Positions 10,614-19,749 are shown, numbered from the stretch's first letter. The stretch: 64,000 bases of DNA from Gemmatimonadota bacterium (GCA_039588495.1 JBDGZR010000007.1:2301-66300); one strand, 5' to 3'. Notes: a model not told the origin generated them from the sequence alone. Numbers and translations are program-made.

Positions 10614-12013
10614 GAAGGCGATTCATCAACCTCAGGGTGCCCGCGAGGCACGACGAGACGAGACCGGCGTCGGTACTGGTCATCGACGGCCTGATCGCAG
10701 AGGTCGCGGCCCCGGACTCGGCGCCGGTGGAGGCGGAGGAGGAGACCCTCGATCTCGGTGGCATGCTCGTGCTTCCCGGCGTGATCGACGGTCACGTGCA
10801 CTTCGACGACCCGGGGTTCACGCATCGGGAGAGCTTCGAGACCGGAACGCGAGCGGCCGCCGCGGGCGGCGTTACCTGCATCGTCGACATGCCCTGCACC
10901 TCCCTCCCCCCGGTCACCTCGGGCGACAACCTCCAGACCAAGCTGGCGGTGATCGAGGCGAAGGCGCACGTCGATTTCATGCTCTGGGGTGGAGTGTCCG
11001 CCAACGCGATGGCCGAGCCGACATGGAGGGCGAACCTGGCGGAGATCGTCCAGGCGGGCGTCGCCTCGATCAAGGTCTACATGCTCTCCGGCATGGAGAC
11101 CTTCCGCGATCTCTCGCGGCCTCAGCTCGCCGAAGCCCTCGAGGAGATCGCCAGGCACCAGGTACCAGTCGGCGTGCATGCGGAAGATCGGGAGATGGTG
11201 CACGAGCTCACGAGGCGCATCCGAGCCGAGGGACGGGACGAGCCTCTGGACTACGCAGCGTCACGCCCTCCGGCCGCCGAGATATCCGCCGTGGCGACCA
11301 TGCGCGACCTCTGCCGGGAGACCGGCGCGCGGGTGCACGTCGTCCACCTGGCCACCGGAGCCGCACTCGACATCGTGACGGCAGCCCGCGACGAAGGCCT
11401 GCCGATGTCGGCGGAGACCTGCCCGCACTTCCTGGAGTTCACCGAGGATGATCTCCGGCGTCAGGGAGCCCTCCTCAAGACGGCACCGGTCGTGAAGGGT
11501 GCGGCGGACCGGGAACGCCTTTGGGAGGGGCTCGCATCGGGTGAGCTGGAGTACGTGGCGACCGATCACGCTGCCGGCCAGTGGCCGGAGGAGAAGCAGA
11601 CCGGCTCGATCTGGACCGACTACGGCGGCGTGCCGGGCGTGGAGCTTTCGCTGCCGTACCTCTACTCTGAGGGCGTCCGCCGGGGGCGGATCACCCTCGA
11701 GCGCCTCACGGAGCTCACGGCATCCGCACCCGCCAGCTTCTTCGGGATCGAAAGGCGGAAAGGGAGGCTCGAGCCCGGCTACGACGCGGACTTCGCGGTC
11801 TTCGCGGACGAGGAGACCTGGAGCGTGAGAGCGGAGAGCCTCCACAATCTCAACCCGTACACCCCGCTCGCAGGGTACGAACTGACCGGCCGGGTACGGG
11901 AGACGTACGTGCGTGGCCAGCCGGTCTTCAGACGTCAAGATGATGGCGGCGAGTGGTTCGGGGATCCCGGCCTCGGGCGACACGTGAGACGCGAATCGAG
12001 GGTCTCGACGTGA
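10610..12013 (+). CDS. cyclic amidohydrolase (hydantoinase/dihydropyrimidinase/allantoinase family, HyuA-like)
   Basis: The GTG start at 10610 overlaps the upstream stop (GTGA). The N-terminus runs ...VLVIDGLIAEV...LDLGGMLVLPGVIDGHVHFDDPGF (D-x-H-x-H metal site). Length about 467 aa. Confidence 0.8.
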   Translation: MRRRFINLRVPARHDETRPASVLVIDGLIAEVAAPDSAPVEAEEETLDLGGMLVLPGVIDGHVHFDDPGFTHRESFETGTRAAAAGGVTCIVDMPCTSLPPVTSGDNLQTKLAVIEAKAHVDFMLWGGVSANAMAEPTWRANLAEIVQAGVASIKVYMLSGMETFRDLSRPQLAEALEEIARHQVPVGVHAEDREMVHELTRRIRAEGRDEPLDYAASRPPAAEISAVATMRDLCRETGARVHVVHLATGAALDIVTAARDEGLPMSAETCPHFLEFTEDDLRRQGALLKTAPVVKGAADRERLWEGLASGELEYVATDHAAGQWPEEKQTGSIWTDYGGVPGVELSLPYLYSEGVRRGRITLERLTELTASAPASFFGIERRKGRLEPGYDADFAVFADEETWSVRAESLHNLNPYTPLAGYELTGRVRETYVRGQPVFRRQDDGGEWFGDPGLGRHVRRESRVST

Positions 12014-13386
12014 GCGAGCTCGAAACCTGGATCCTGGGTAACGGCACGCTGGTGACGGGCGGCTCGCCATCGGGCGTCATCCCGAACGGCGCCGTCGCCT
12101 GGACGGGAGAGCGGATAGCCGCCGCCGGCGAGGAGCCGGCGATCAGGGCGCGCTTCCCGGACGCGCACTACCTGGACGGGCACGGCGGCATCATCATGCC
12201 GGGCCTGGTCAACATCCACCATCACTTCTATTCCGCCCTCGCGAGAGGCCTGGATCCGGGAACGCCCATGCGGAACTTCCCGGAGGTGCTGGATCGTCTC
12301 TGGTGGCGGCTCGACCGCGCGCTGGACGCCGAGGACGTTGGCATCTCGGCCCTCCTGTCGTTGGCGGACTGCGTGCGGCACGGCTGCACGACCGTGTTCG
12401 ACCACCATGCCTCTCCGTCGTGCATCGACGGAAGCCTGGACGCGATCGCCGATGCCGTCGACCAGGCCGGGATCTCGGCGCTCCTCTGCTACGAGATCAC
12501 CGATCGCAACGGGCCCGAAGGCGCCGAGGCGGGGATCGAAGAGAACCTGCGTTTCCAGGCCGAACGGGAGGATGACCCGCGGATCCGCGGCGTGATCGGC
12601 CTCCATGCCAGTTTCACCCTCCACGATGAGACGCTGGCCCAGGTAGCGGAGCGGCGACCGACCGGTGCCGGCTGCCACATCCATGTGGCGGAGGATCCGG
12701 TCGATGTACGCGCGTCGATCGAGTCGTTCGGCGCCGGCCCGGTCGAGCGCCTCGAGCGCTTCGGCCTGCTGGACGAGCGCGCTCTGCTCGCGCACGCGAT
12801 CCACCTCGAGCTGGCGGATTACGAGCGGGTCGCCCGAGCCGGGGCGATCCTCATCCACAACCCGGAGTCGAACGCCAACAACGGCGTCGGCCGCCTGAAC
12901 GTGCCGCGCACCGCCGCCCTGGGCTGCGCGATCGGCCTCGGCACGGATGGCATGTCCTCCTCGATGCTGAGAGCTCTGCGCTTCGCGTTCCTGACTCATC
13001 GAGGCGCAACCGGCGATCCGTCCTCGGGATTCGAGGCGCTGCCGGAGCTGCTGGCCAACAACGCCGCCGTGGCGCGCCGCTTCTTCGCGGAGCCGCTACT
13101 CGGCCAGCTCGTGGAGGGGGCGCCGGCCGACGTCATCGTCGTCGATTCCCCGCCTCCGACGCCGATTTCAGGCGAGAACGCCTTCGGGCACCTCGTCTAC
13201 GGCACCAGCGAGTCTCCCGTGCGGCACACCGTGGCTCGTGGCCGGATCTTGCTGGAGGGTTTCCGACACACGACCCTGGATGCCGAGGCGTTGGCCGCCC
13301 GGGCCCGGGAGCGGGTGCCACCCCTGTGGAAACGGTTTCACGCCCTAGATTGGAACACTCCATATCTAGGCCCGCCAGAGAGATAG
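12010..13386 (+). CDS. SsnA-like aminohydrolase/chlorohydrolase (amidohydrolase superfamily)
   Basis: The GTG start at 12010 overlaps the upstream stop (GTGA). PGLVNIHHHFYSAL (HxH motif), ...HIHVAED... and an overall length near 458 aa fit SsnA/ATZ-TRZ-type deaminases. Confidence 0.75.
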   Translation: MSELETWILGNGTLVTGGSPSGVIPNGAVAWTGERIAAAGEEPAIRARFPDAHYLDGHGGIIMPGLVNIHHHFYSALARGLDPGTPMRNFPEVLDRLWWRLDRALDAEDVGISALLSLADCVRHGCTTVFDHHASPSCIDGSLDAIADAVDQAGISALLCYEITDRNGPEGAEAGIEENLRFQAEREDDPRIRGVIGLHASFTLHDETLAQVAERRPTGAGCHIHVAEDPVDVRASIESFGAGPVERLERFGLLDERALLAHAIHLELADYERVARAGAILIHNPESNANNGVGRLNVPRTAALGCAIGLGTDGMSSSMLRALRFAFLTHRGATGDPSSGFEALPELLANNAAVARRFFAEPLLGQLVEGAPADVIVVDSPPPTPISGENAFGHLVYGTSESPVRHTVARGRILLEGFRHTTLDAEALAARARERVPPLWKRFHALDWNTPYLGPPER

Positions 13387-13396
13387 GATAGATCAC

Positions 13397-14854
13397 TTGA
13401 GTCAGACTCTAGATGCCGCCGCGCGGCAGAGAGCGGTCGAACGGTGCCGGGAACGACGAATCCTCATCCCGACGTTCGCCCAGATGAGGGATCCTGCGGG
13501 ACTGGATCCGTCTCTGGTGGCCGAGCTGGCGGAGATCGACATGCAGGCCGTGCATCCGCTCAATCTCTTCCGAATCACCTGGCACAACGACCCTGATTCC
13601 GGAACCTTCGGAGACGTCAACTATCTCGAGCTTCCATCCGAGCTCACCGGGGTCCCCGCCCGGATCGTCGGCCTCGTCGGGGAGCACTTCCCGACCGGCG
13701 CGCACAAGGTGGGAGCTGCTTTCGGCTGCCTGGTCCCCAGGCTGGTGAGCGGCGCGTTCGACCCGACGGCCAATCGTGCCGTGTGGCCATCCACCGGCAA
13801 CTACTGCCGAGGCGGCGCGTTCGACAGCGCGCTGCTGGGGTGCCGAGCGGTGGCGATCCTCCCGGAGGAGATGAGCCGGGAGCGCTTCGACTGGTTGGAG
13901 GGGATGGGAGCCGAGATCATCCGGACGCCGGGGAGCGAAAGCAACGTCAAGGAGGTCTTCGACGCCTGCTGGGAGCTGCGCCACTCCGATCCGGACGCGG
14001 TCGTCTTCAACCAGTTCGACGAATTCGGCAACTACCTCTGGCACCGCGGCGTCACCGCTCCGGCCGCCGAGTCCGTGTTCCGGTCCCTGGCCGGCGAGAG
14101 CGACCGCTTCGCCGCCTGGGTTTCGGCGACGGGCTCGGCGGGCACGCTGGGCGCAGGTGACTGGCTCAAGAAGCAATTCCCCGGCTGCCGGATCACGGCC
14201 GCCGAGGCACTCCAGTGCCCCACCATGCTGATGGCCGGCTTCGGAGCGCACCGCATCGAGGGGATCGGGGACAAGCACGTGCCCTGGATCCTCAACGTGC
14301 GGAACACCGACCTGGTGTCGGCGATCGATGACGAGGCCACCATGAGCCTCACGCGGCTGTTCAACGAACCGGCCGGAAGGGCGGTTCTTCTCGACTACGG
14401 GGTTCCGGAAGACGTGATCGCGCAGCTGCCGCTCCTCGGCTTTTCCGGCATCTGCAACGCGCTCGCCGCGATCAAGACGGCCCGCTACTTCGAGCTCGAT
14501 CGTCACGACATCCTCCTCACGTCCTTCACCGACTCGGTGGAGCTGTACCGCACCCGGCTCGACGAGATGAGAACCGAGCGCGGAGAGTACACGGAGCGCC
14601 AGGCCGCGGTCGACCTCGAGCACTACCTGCTCGGAGCCACCACCGACCACCTTCGGGAGCTGCGCTACACGGATCGGAAGGCGATTCACAATCTCAAGTA
14701 CTTCACCTGGGTCGAGCAGCAGGGCAAGACGGTCCAGGAGCTGAACGCCCTCTGGGATCCGGGCTTCTGGGACCGGTTGGCAGACTGGCTCCCCGAGTGG
14801 GACGCAGCGATCGAAGCCTTTAACGAGGAGACCGGCGTAACGTATGGCGCATAG
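13397..14854 (+). CDS. fold-type-II PLP-dependent enzyme of the tryptophan-synthase-beta-like lyase/thiolase clade
   Basis: 485 aa. FPTGAHKVGAAFG resembles the TrpB HTGAHKxN PLP-lysine motif. A Gly-rich loop (GSAGTLGAG) is present, and about 100 aa at the N-terminus go beyond TrpB. Confidence 0.6.
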   Translation: MSQTLDAAARQRAVERCRERRILIPTFAQMRDPAGLDPSLVAELAEIDMQAVHPLNLFRITWHNDPDSGTFGDVNYLELPSELTGVPARIVGLVGEHFPTGAHKVGAAFGCLVPRLVSGAFDPTANRAVWPSTGNYCRGGAFDSALLGCRAVAILPEEMSRERFDWLEGMGAEIIRTPGSESNVKEVFDACWELRHSDPDAVVFNQFDEFGNYLWHRGVTAPAAESVFRSLAGESDRFAAWVSATGSAGTLGAGDWLKKQFPGCRITAAEALQCPTMLMAGFGAHRIEGIGDKHVPWILNVRNTDLVSAIDDEATMSLTRLFNEPAGRAVLLDYGVPEDVIAQLPLLGFSGICNALAAIKTARYFELDRHDILLTSFTDSVELYRTRLDEMRTERGEYTERQAAVDLEHYLLGATTDHLRELRYTDRKAIHNLKYFTWVEQQGKTVQELNALWDPGFWDRLADWLPEWDAAIEAFNEETGVTYGA

Positions 14855-16061
14855 CGAAGCACCGGCGGCACTGGAAGCGGCGGGCCGCTTCGAGGTCGAC
14901 ATCGTCCGCTTCCTGCGTGAGATGATCGCCATTCCGGCCGAAAGCCGACGCGAGGGCGAGCGCTGCGAGCGGGTGCGACAGGAGTACGAGCAGCTCGGAT
15001 TCGACGAGGTCGGATTCGACCGACTCGGCAACGTGGTCGCGCGGATCGGTGACGGCCCGTTCACGATTCTCATGGACGGACACATCGACTGCGTCGGCGT
15101 CGGGGACCGGGACGCCTGGGAGCACGACCCGTTCGCCGGCAAGCTCGAGGACGGCAAGGTCTGGGGTCGAGGAGCCGTCGACGAGCTGCCGGCGATCGCG
15201 TGCATGGCCTACGGGGCTGCTATCGCCCGAAGCCGCGGCCTGCCGCCTAACGTGACGCTCTATCTCACCGCTTCGGTGATGGAGGAGGACTGCGACGGCT
15301 ACTGCCTTCTCCATCTCATCGAGCAGGAAGGGATCCGCCCCGATGTCGTCGTCATCGGTGAACCGACCGATCTCGGCGTCTACCGCGGCCAGCGTGGACG
15401 CGTGGAAGCGACGATCTCGGCCAAGGGGCGATCCTCACACGCCGCTCATCCGGAGGAAGGGGTCAACGCCCTTTACAAGCTCGCGCCGATCATCTCCGAC
15501 ATCGAGGCCTTGAACGACCGCCTGCCCTCCGACGATTTCCTCGGCAAGGGCACGGTCGTGGTCTCGAATATCGAGTGCACCACCGTCTCCCTGAACGCGG
15601 TACCCGACAGCGCGCGGATCACCATTGATCGGCGGCTAACCGCCGGAGAGTCGGCCGATGCAGCGCTCGACGAGCTGCGCTCACTTCCCCATATGGGCGA
15701 TGCGGAGGTCGAGCTCCTGCAGTATGACGAGCTGAGCTGGCGTGGAGAGCGGGCCCGCCAGGAGAAGTTCTTCCCGAGCTGGGTGCTGCCGGAGGAGCAT
15801 CCGCTCGTGCGCGGCGTGGCCGGTGCCGTGGAGGCGGTGCTCGGCTCACCGCCAGCCGTCTCCCGCTGGTCCTTCTCCACGAACGGCGTAGCGACGATGG
15901 GGCGGCACGGCATCCCGACGGTGGGCTTCGCGCCCGGCCTGGAGGAGCTCTCCCACACGACGGGCGAATGGGTGGCGGTCGAGGACTTGGTGCGGGCAAC
16001 CGCCGTGTACAGCCTGATCCCGGCTTTCCTTTCCTCGCTCGAGAAGGAGCTCGCCCCGTGA
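14844..16061 (+). CDS. M20 family metallo-hydrolase (YgeY-like; N-carbamoyl-amino-acid amidohydrolase/ArgE/DapE type)
   Basis: 405 aa. MDGHIDCVGVGDRDAWEHDPF plus GRGAVDE match M20 metal-site motifs. The start overlaps the upstream gene by 11 nt. Confidence 0.8.
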   Translation: MAHSEAPAALEAAGRFEVDIVRFLREMIAIPAESRREGERCERVRQEYEQLGFDEVGFDRLGNVVARIGDGPFTILMDGHIDCVGVGDRDAWEHDPFAGKLEDGKVWGRGAVDELPAIACMAYGAAIARSRGLPPNVTLYLTASVMEEDCDGYCLLHLIEQEGIRPDVVVIGEPTDLGVYRGQRGRVEATISAKGRSSHAAHPEEGVNALYKLAPIISDIEALNDRLPSDDFLGKGTVVVSNIECTTVSLNAVPDSARITIDRRLTAGESADAALDELRSLPHMGDAEVELLQYDELSWRGERARQEKFFPSWVLPEEHPLVRGVAGAVEAVLGSPPAVSRWSFSTNGVATMGRHGIPTVGFAPGLEELSHTTGEWVAVEDLVRATAVYSLIPAFLSSLEKELAP

Positions 16062-17050
16062 GGACATCCGTCGTCATCCCTCCTGGCCTCAAGGGGCGCG
16101 ACTTCATCTCGACGCAGGACTGGACGGTTGAGGAGCTCGAGACGCTGTTCATACTCGCCGAGCAACTCAAGCGGGCCAGGGAGGCCGGAGAGCGGAGCCC
16201 GCTTCTCCCCGACAAGACGCTGTACATGATCTTCTTCGATGCCTCGACGCGAACGCGCAACTCCTTTGAGACGGGAATCACCCAGCTGGGCGGACACGGC
16301 ATCTATCTCTCGCCGGATCGGATGCAGATCAGCCACGGAGAGAACGCCAAGGACACGGCCAACATCCTGTCTCGGTACGGAGAGGCGATCGCGATCCGGC
16401 ACTGCACCTTCGGCGAGGGCAATGGCTACGTCCGGGAGGTCGCGGCGCACGCCGATGTCCCGGTCCTCAGCATGCAGGATGACATCTACCATCCCTGTCA
16501 GATCCTGGCCGACTACATGACGGTTCGAGAACGTTTCGCGGACACGCGAGGTCTGAAGATCGGGGTGGCCTGGACGAGTGCTCCCAACTACGTAAGGCCG
16601 ATCTCCGTGCCGCAGAGCCTCGTTCTGATGATGCCGCGCTTCGGTCTGGACGTGACCCTAGCCTACCCGCCCGAGTTCCGCCTCATGCCGGAGATCGAGG
16701 AGCAGGCGAAGGCCAACGCGGAAGCCGGCGGCGGCCGCTTCCGGATCACGCACACGTTCGAGGAGGCGTTCGAGGACGCGGATGTCGTGGTCCCGAAATC
16801 ATGGGGACCTCTGGTTCACACCTCCGATACGGCGGAGGGACGTCGTCTGATCGAAGCCTACCCGGATTGGCGGTGCGATGCCGAGCGCATCGCCCTCGGG
16901 AAGGAGCATCTGATATACATGCACCCGCTTCCGGCGGACCGCGGCCGAGAGGTGACGGACGAGGTGATCGACGGGCCGCACTCGGCCGTGTACGACGAAG
17001 CCGAGAACCGGCTCCATGTGCAGAAGGCCCTGATGGCTTTGGTCATGTGA
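16058..17050 (+). CDS. carbamoyltransferase of the OTCase/ATCase superfamily, YgeW-like
   Basis: The GTG start at 16058 overlaps the upstream stop (GTGA). FFDASTRTRNSFETG matches the STRTR carbamoyl-phosphate motif, and HPLPADRG is the C-terminal HxLP motif. Confidence 0.8.
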   Translation: MRTSVVIPPGLKGRDFISTQDWTVEELETLFILAEQLKRAREAGERSPLLPDKTLYMIFFDASTRTRNSFETGITQLGGHGIYLSPDRMQISHGENAKDTANILSRYGEAIAIRHCTFGEGNGYVREVAAHADVPVLSMQDDIYHPCQILADYMTVRERFADTRGLKIGVAWTSAPNYVRPISVPQSLVLMMPRFGLDVTLAYPPEFRLMPEIEEQAKANAEAGGGRFRITHTFEEAFEDADVVVPKSWGPLVHTSDTAEGRRLIEAYPDWRCDAERIALGKEHLIYMHPLPADRGREVTDEVIDGPHSAVYDEAENRLHVQKALMALVM

Positions 17051-17096
17051 ACGGCGCTTATCGCACCGTCCGGAGTCGTGCCGGGAGCGGCGACCT

Positions 17097-18335
17097 GTGA
17101 GCGGCTTCGGGCTCCGGTGCACCGAGTGCGGGCGGGAGTACACGGAGGACCCGGCGCTCCTGGTCTGCGAGGCGTGCGCCGCGCTGCAGAGGCCGGGTGG
17201 TCCGACACGTGGGGTACTCGAGATCGAGCTGGAGGTGCTCCCTGAGGAGTGGCCCGAAGCCAGGCCCTCCGACACCGACTTCCTCGAGGCCTTCCTCCCG
17301 TTCTCGGATCCATCCGCCGTGGCTCCGCTGGATGTCGGCGGGACGCCGCTCCTGCCTGCCCCCCGCCTGCGGGAGGCTCTGGATCTGCCCAGGCTCTGGG
17401 TCAAGGATGATACGCGCAATCCGAGCGGGTCGACGAAGGACCGGGCCTCTCTGCTCGTCGTCGCCAAGGCCAGCGAGTACGGCTTCGATACCGTTGCCGC
17501 GGCCTCCACCGGCAACGCTGCCGCCGCGCTGGCGGCCGTCGGAGCCGCGGCCGGCATCCGGGCGGTCGTATTCGTTCCCGAGTCGGCGCCGGAGGCGAAG
17601 CTCGTGCAGATCCTGTGCTACGGGGCGGACGTGGTTCGTGTGCAGGGAAGCTACGACGACGCCTTCGACCTCTGCCTCGCCTCCTGCGACGCCTTCGGCT
17701 GGTACAACCGAAACACGGCTCTCAACCCGTTCACGATCGAGGGCAAGAAGACCGCCGCGCTGGAGATAGCCGCCGCCATGTCACCGCAGCCACCCGACGT
17801 GGTGCTCGTGCCGACCGGCGATGGGGTGATACTGGCCGGCGTGGCGAAGGGGTTCCAGGACCTTGTGCGCGCCGGCCTCCTCCCCCGAATGCCGCGCCTG
17901 ATCGCCGTTCAGCCGGAGGGATCGGCCGGGATCGTGACGGCCTTCCGCGACGGAACCGAGAGCGTGACCCCCGTGCCGAACGCAGCCAGCGTGGCCGACA
18001 GCTTGACGGTGGGCACGCCACGCAACGCGATTCTCTGTCTGAGGCGCATCAGAGAGTCGAAGGGTGGCGCGGTCGCCGTCTCCGATGAGGAGATCCTCGA
18101 AGCCATCCCGTACCTGGCTTCCCACACGGGCGTGTTCGCAGAGCCCGCCGGCGCGGCGGCTCTGGCCGGGCTTCACCGGGCGCTGGAGGAAAGCCAGGTA
18201 GCGTCCGACGAGCGGATCGTGCTCTTGGTTACGGGTTCCGGTCTGAAGGACGTTCCCGCCGCCAGCCAGACGGTCGAACGGCCGGAGCCGATAGCCCCGG
18301 ACCTGGGAGCCGTGGCGAAGCTCTTCGACCTCTAA
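17097..18335 (+). CDS. fold-type-II PLP-dependent enzyme (cysteine synthase/threonine synthase-like) with an N-terminal Cys4 zinc ribbon
   Basis: GTG start. CTECG...CEAC at the N-terminus. NPSGSTKDRAS is a PALP-family PLP-Lys motif, and GSGLKD lies near the C-terminus. Confidence 0.65.
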   Translation: MSGFGLRCTECGREYTEDPALLVCEACAALQRPGGPTRGVLEIELEVLPEEWPEARPSDTDFLEAFLPFSDPSAVAPLDVGGTPLLPAPRLREALDLPRLWVKDDTRNPSGSTKDRASLLVVAKASEYGFDTVAAASTGNAAAALAAVGAAAGIRAVVFVPESAPEAKLVQILCYGADVVRVQGSYDDAFDLCLASCDAFGWYNRNTALNPFTIEGKKTAALEIAAAMSPQPPDVVLVPTGDGVILAGVAKGFQDLVRAGLLPRMPRLIAVQPEGSAGIVTAFRDGTESVTPVPNAASVADSLTVGTPRNAILCLRRIRESKGGAVAVSDEEILEAIPYLASHTGVFAEPAGAAALAGLHRALEESQVASDERIVLLVTGSGLKDVPAASQTVERPEPIAPDLGAVAKLFDL

Positions 18336-18372
18336 GTCTTCGCCGTCTGTGTGGTTCGGGTCGACGGCCGGA

Positions 18373-19200
18373 TCACTCCTCTTCGAACAGCCCGGCCGCC
18401 TTTTCGGCGGAGACCAGGATCCCCTTGATCATCGCCGAGCTGAAGCCCTGGTGCTCCATCTCGTTGAGGCCGGCGATCGTGCAGCCGCGAGGGGTCGTGA
18501 CGCGATCGATCTCGGCTTCGGGATGGTTCTCGGCGTTCAGGAGCAGAGAGGCGGCGCCCTTGGCGGTCTGGGCGGCGAGCAGCATCGCTTCCTCGGGGTG
18601 GAAGCCTATCTCTATCCCGCCCTGCGACGCTGCACGGATCGAGCGGAGGAAGAAGGCGATACCGCAGGCGCAGGTCGCGGTGGCACTCGTCATGAGCTCC
18701 TCGTCGATCACGAGCGTCTTCCCCACCGCGTCGAAGAGCGAGGTCGCCTGTTCCAACGCCTCGGAGGCGGGGTCGCCGGCCAGGCAGGTCATCGACTCGC
18801 AGATGCCGATCGCCGTGTTCGGCATCGCCCTGGCGACCGGAACGGGCGCGCCGATGTGCTCCCGGATGTCGGCAATCCTCACATCGGAGACCACCGATAT
18901 CAGAACATGCCGTTCGGGATCGAGGGACTCCCGGATCTCCTCCAGGAGCACGACGAGTTGCTGCGGCTGAACGGCGATAAGAACGGTGTCGGCGCGTCCG
19001 ACCGCCTCGACGTTGTCGGTCGTGACGGCGAAGCCCTGCGCGGCGAGCGGCTCGAGCGCTTCGGCGTGCCGCCTGGTTATGGTGATCTGACCCGGATCGC
19101 ACTTCCAGGAGGCCACCCACCCCCTGGCCAGCGCCTGGCCGAGGTTGCCGCCGCCCAGGATGGCTACGTTGCTCGTCTTCGGCTCTGACATCGTCATCAC
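18373..19200 (-). CDS. proC: pyrroline-5-carboxylate reductase
   Basis: 275 aa. NVAILGGGNLGQALARGW is the Rossmann NAD(P) motif, and the gene is homologous to P5CR along its full length. Antisense ORFs 18349..19188 and 18332..19120 are rejected. Confidence 0.85.
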   Translation of the reverse strand: MMTMSEPKTSNVAILGGGNLGQALARGWVASWKCDPGQITITRRHAEALEPLAAQGFAVTTDNVEAVGRADTVLIAVQPQQLVVLLEEIRESLDPERHVLISVVSDVRIADIREHIGAPVPVARAMPNTAIGICESMTCLAGDPASEALEQATSLFDAVGKTLVIDEELMTSATATCACGIAFFLRSIRAASQGGIEIGFHPEEAMLLAAQTAKGAASLLLNAENHPEAEIDRVTTPRGCTIAGLNEMEHQGFSSAMIKGILVSAEKAAGLFEEE

Positions 19201-19264
19201 TCGTTGCCTTCGGCTCTATGCGTGGACGCGGTGTGCTGAACAGCTATCGCCGCTCTTCGGGCAG

Positions 19265-19320
19265 CCGATATGGTACCGCTGGCGGTACCATTACTGTAGT
19301 AGCGGATATGGTACCGTTGG
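19265..19320. promoter_or_regulatory. candidate operator: perfect 10-2-10 palindrome ATGGTACCGC-TG-GCGGTACCAT (~19270..19291) inside a 19-nt direct repeat (CGATATGGTACCGCTGGC / CGGATATGGTACCGTTGGC) with 38-bp periodicity
   Basis: Read directly from the proC / DUF983 divergent intergenic region. There are three GGTACC cores within 50 bp of otherwise GC-rich DNA. Confidence 0.4.
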
Positions 19321-19377
19321 CATCCACCGAAGCGCGACGGTCTTGGATCTCTGCCCGTGCAAGTTGACATTCGCGGC

Positions 19378-19749
19378 ATGCTCCGCACGACGTTCAGGCA
19401 CCGCTGCCCGGCTTGCGGGCGAGGAAGCCTGTTCCGCACAAGATACACGTTGCAGCGACGATGTCCTGAATGTGGGCTGGACCTGGAAGGTGAGCACGGT
19501 GCCCACTACGGGGGACCGATCATCTTCGGCTACACGGTCAGCGGGCTGGCCGGTCTCGCCGCCTTCTTCCTACTCTTCCGCACGTTCGGCTACGCGACCT
19601 GGGTCTTGTGGGCCTCGGTCCTGGCTGCCGCCGCGGCCCTACTCCTGACCTTCCGGCACATCAAGGCCCACTGGACCTGGTGGCTGTGGTCCGTCGGCGA
19701 GCTCGGCAGCCATGAAGCCGGCCGGTCCGATCCTGGCCGGCGTAGATGA
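19378..19749 (+). CDS. DUF983-like membrane protein with an N-terminal zinc ribbon
   Basis: RCPACGRGSLF...RCPECGLDLEGEHGAHYGGPIIFGY followed by two TM helices. The start is set at the internal Met (MLRTTF). Confidence 0.5.
   Translation: MLRTTFRHRCPACGRGSLFRTRYTLQRRCPECGLDLEGEHGAHYGGPIIFGYTVSGLAGLAAFFLLFRTFGYATWVLWASVLAAAAALLLTFRHIKAHWTWWLWSVGELGSHEAGRSDPGRRR

Noticed and set aside
13409-15205. 598-aa minus-strand ORF
   Set aside because: It is antisense to the TrpB-like and M20 genes. No recognisable motifs. GC artefact.
19357-19377. TTGACA at ~19363 as the -35 for the DUF983 gene
   Set aside because: It lies at or inside the most likely start region of that gene, leaving no room for a -10 and a leader.
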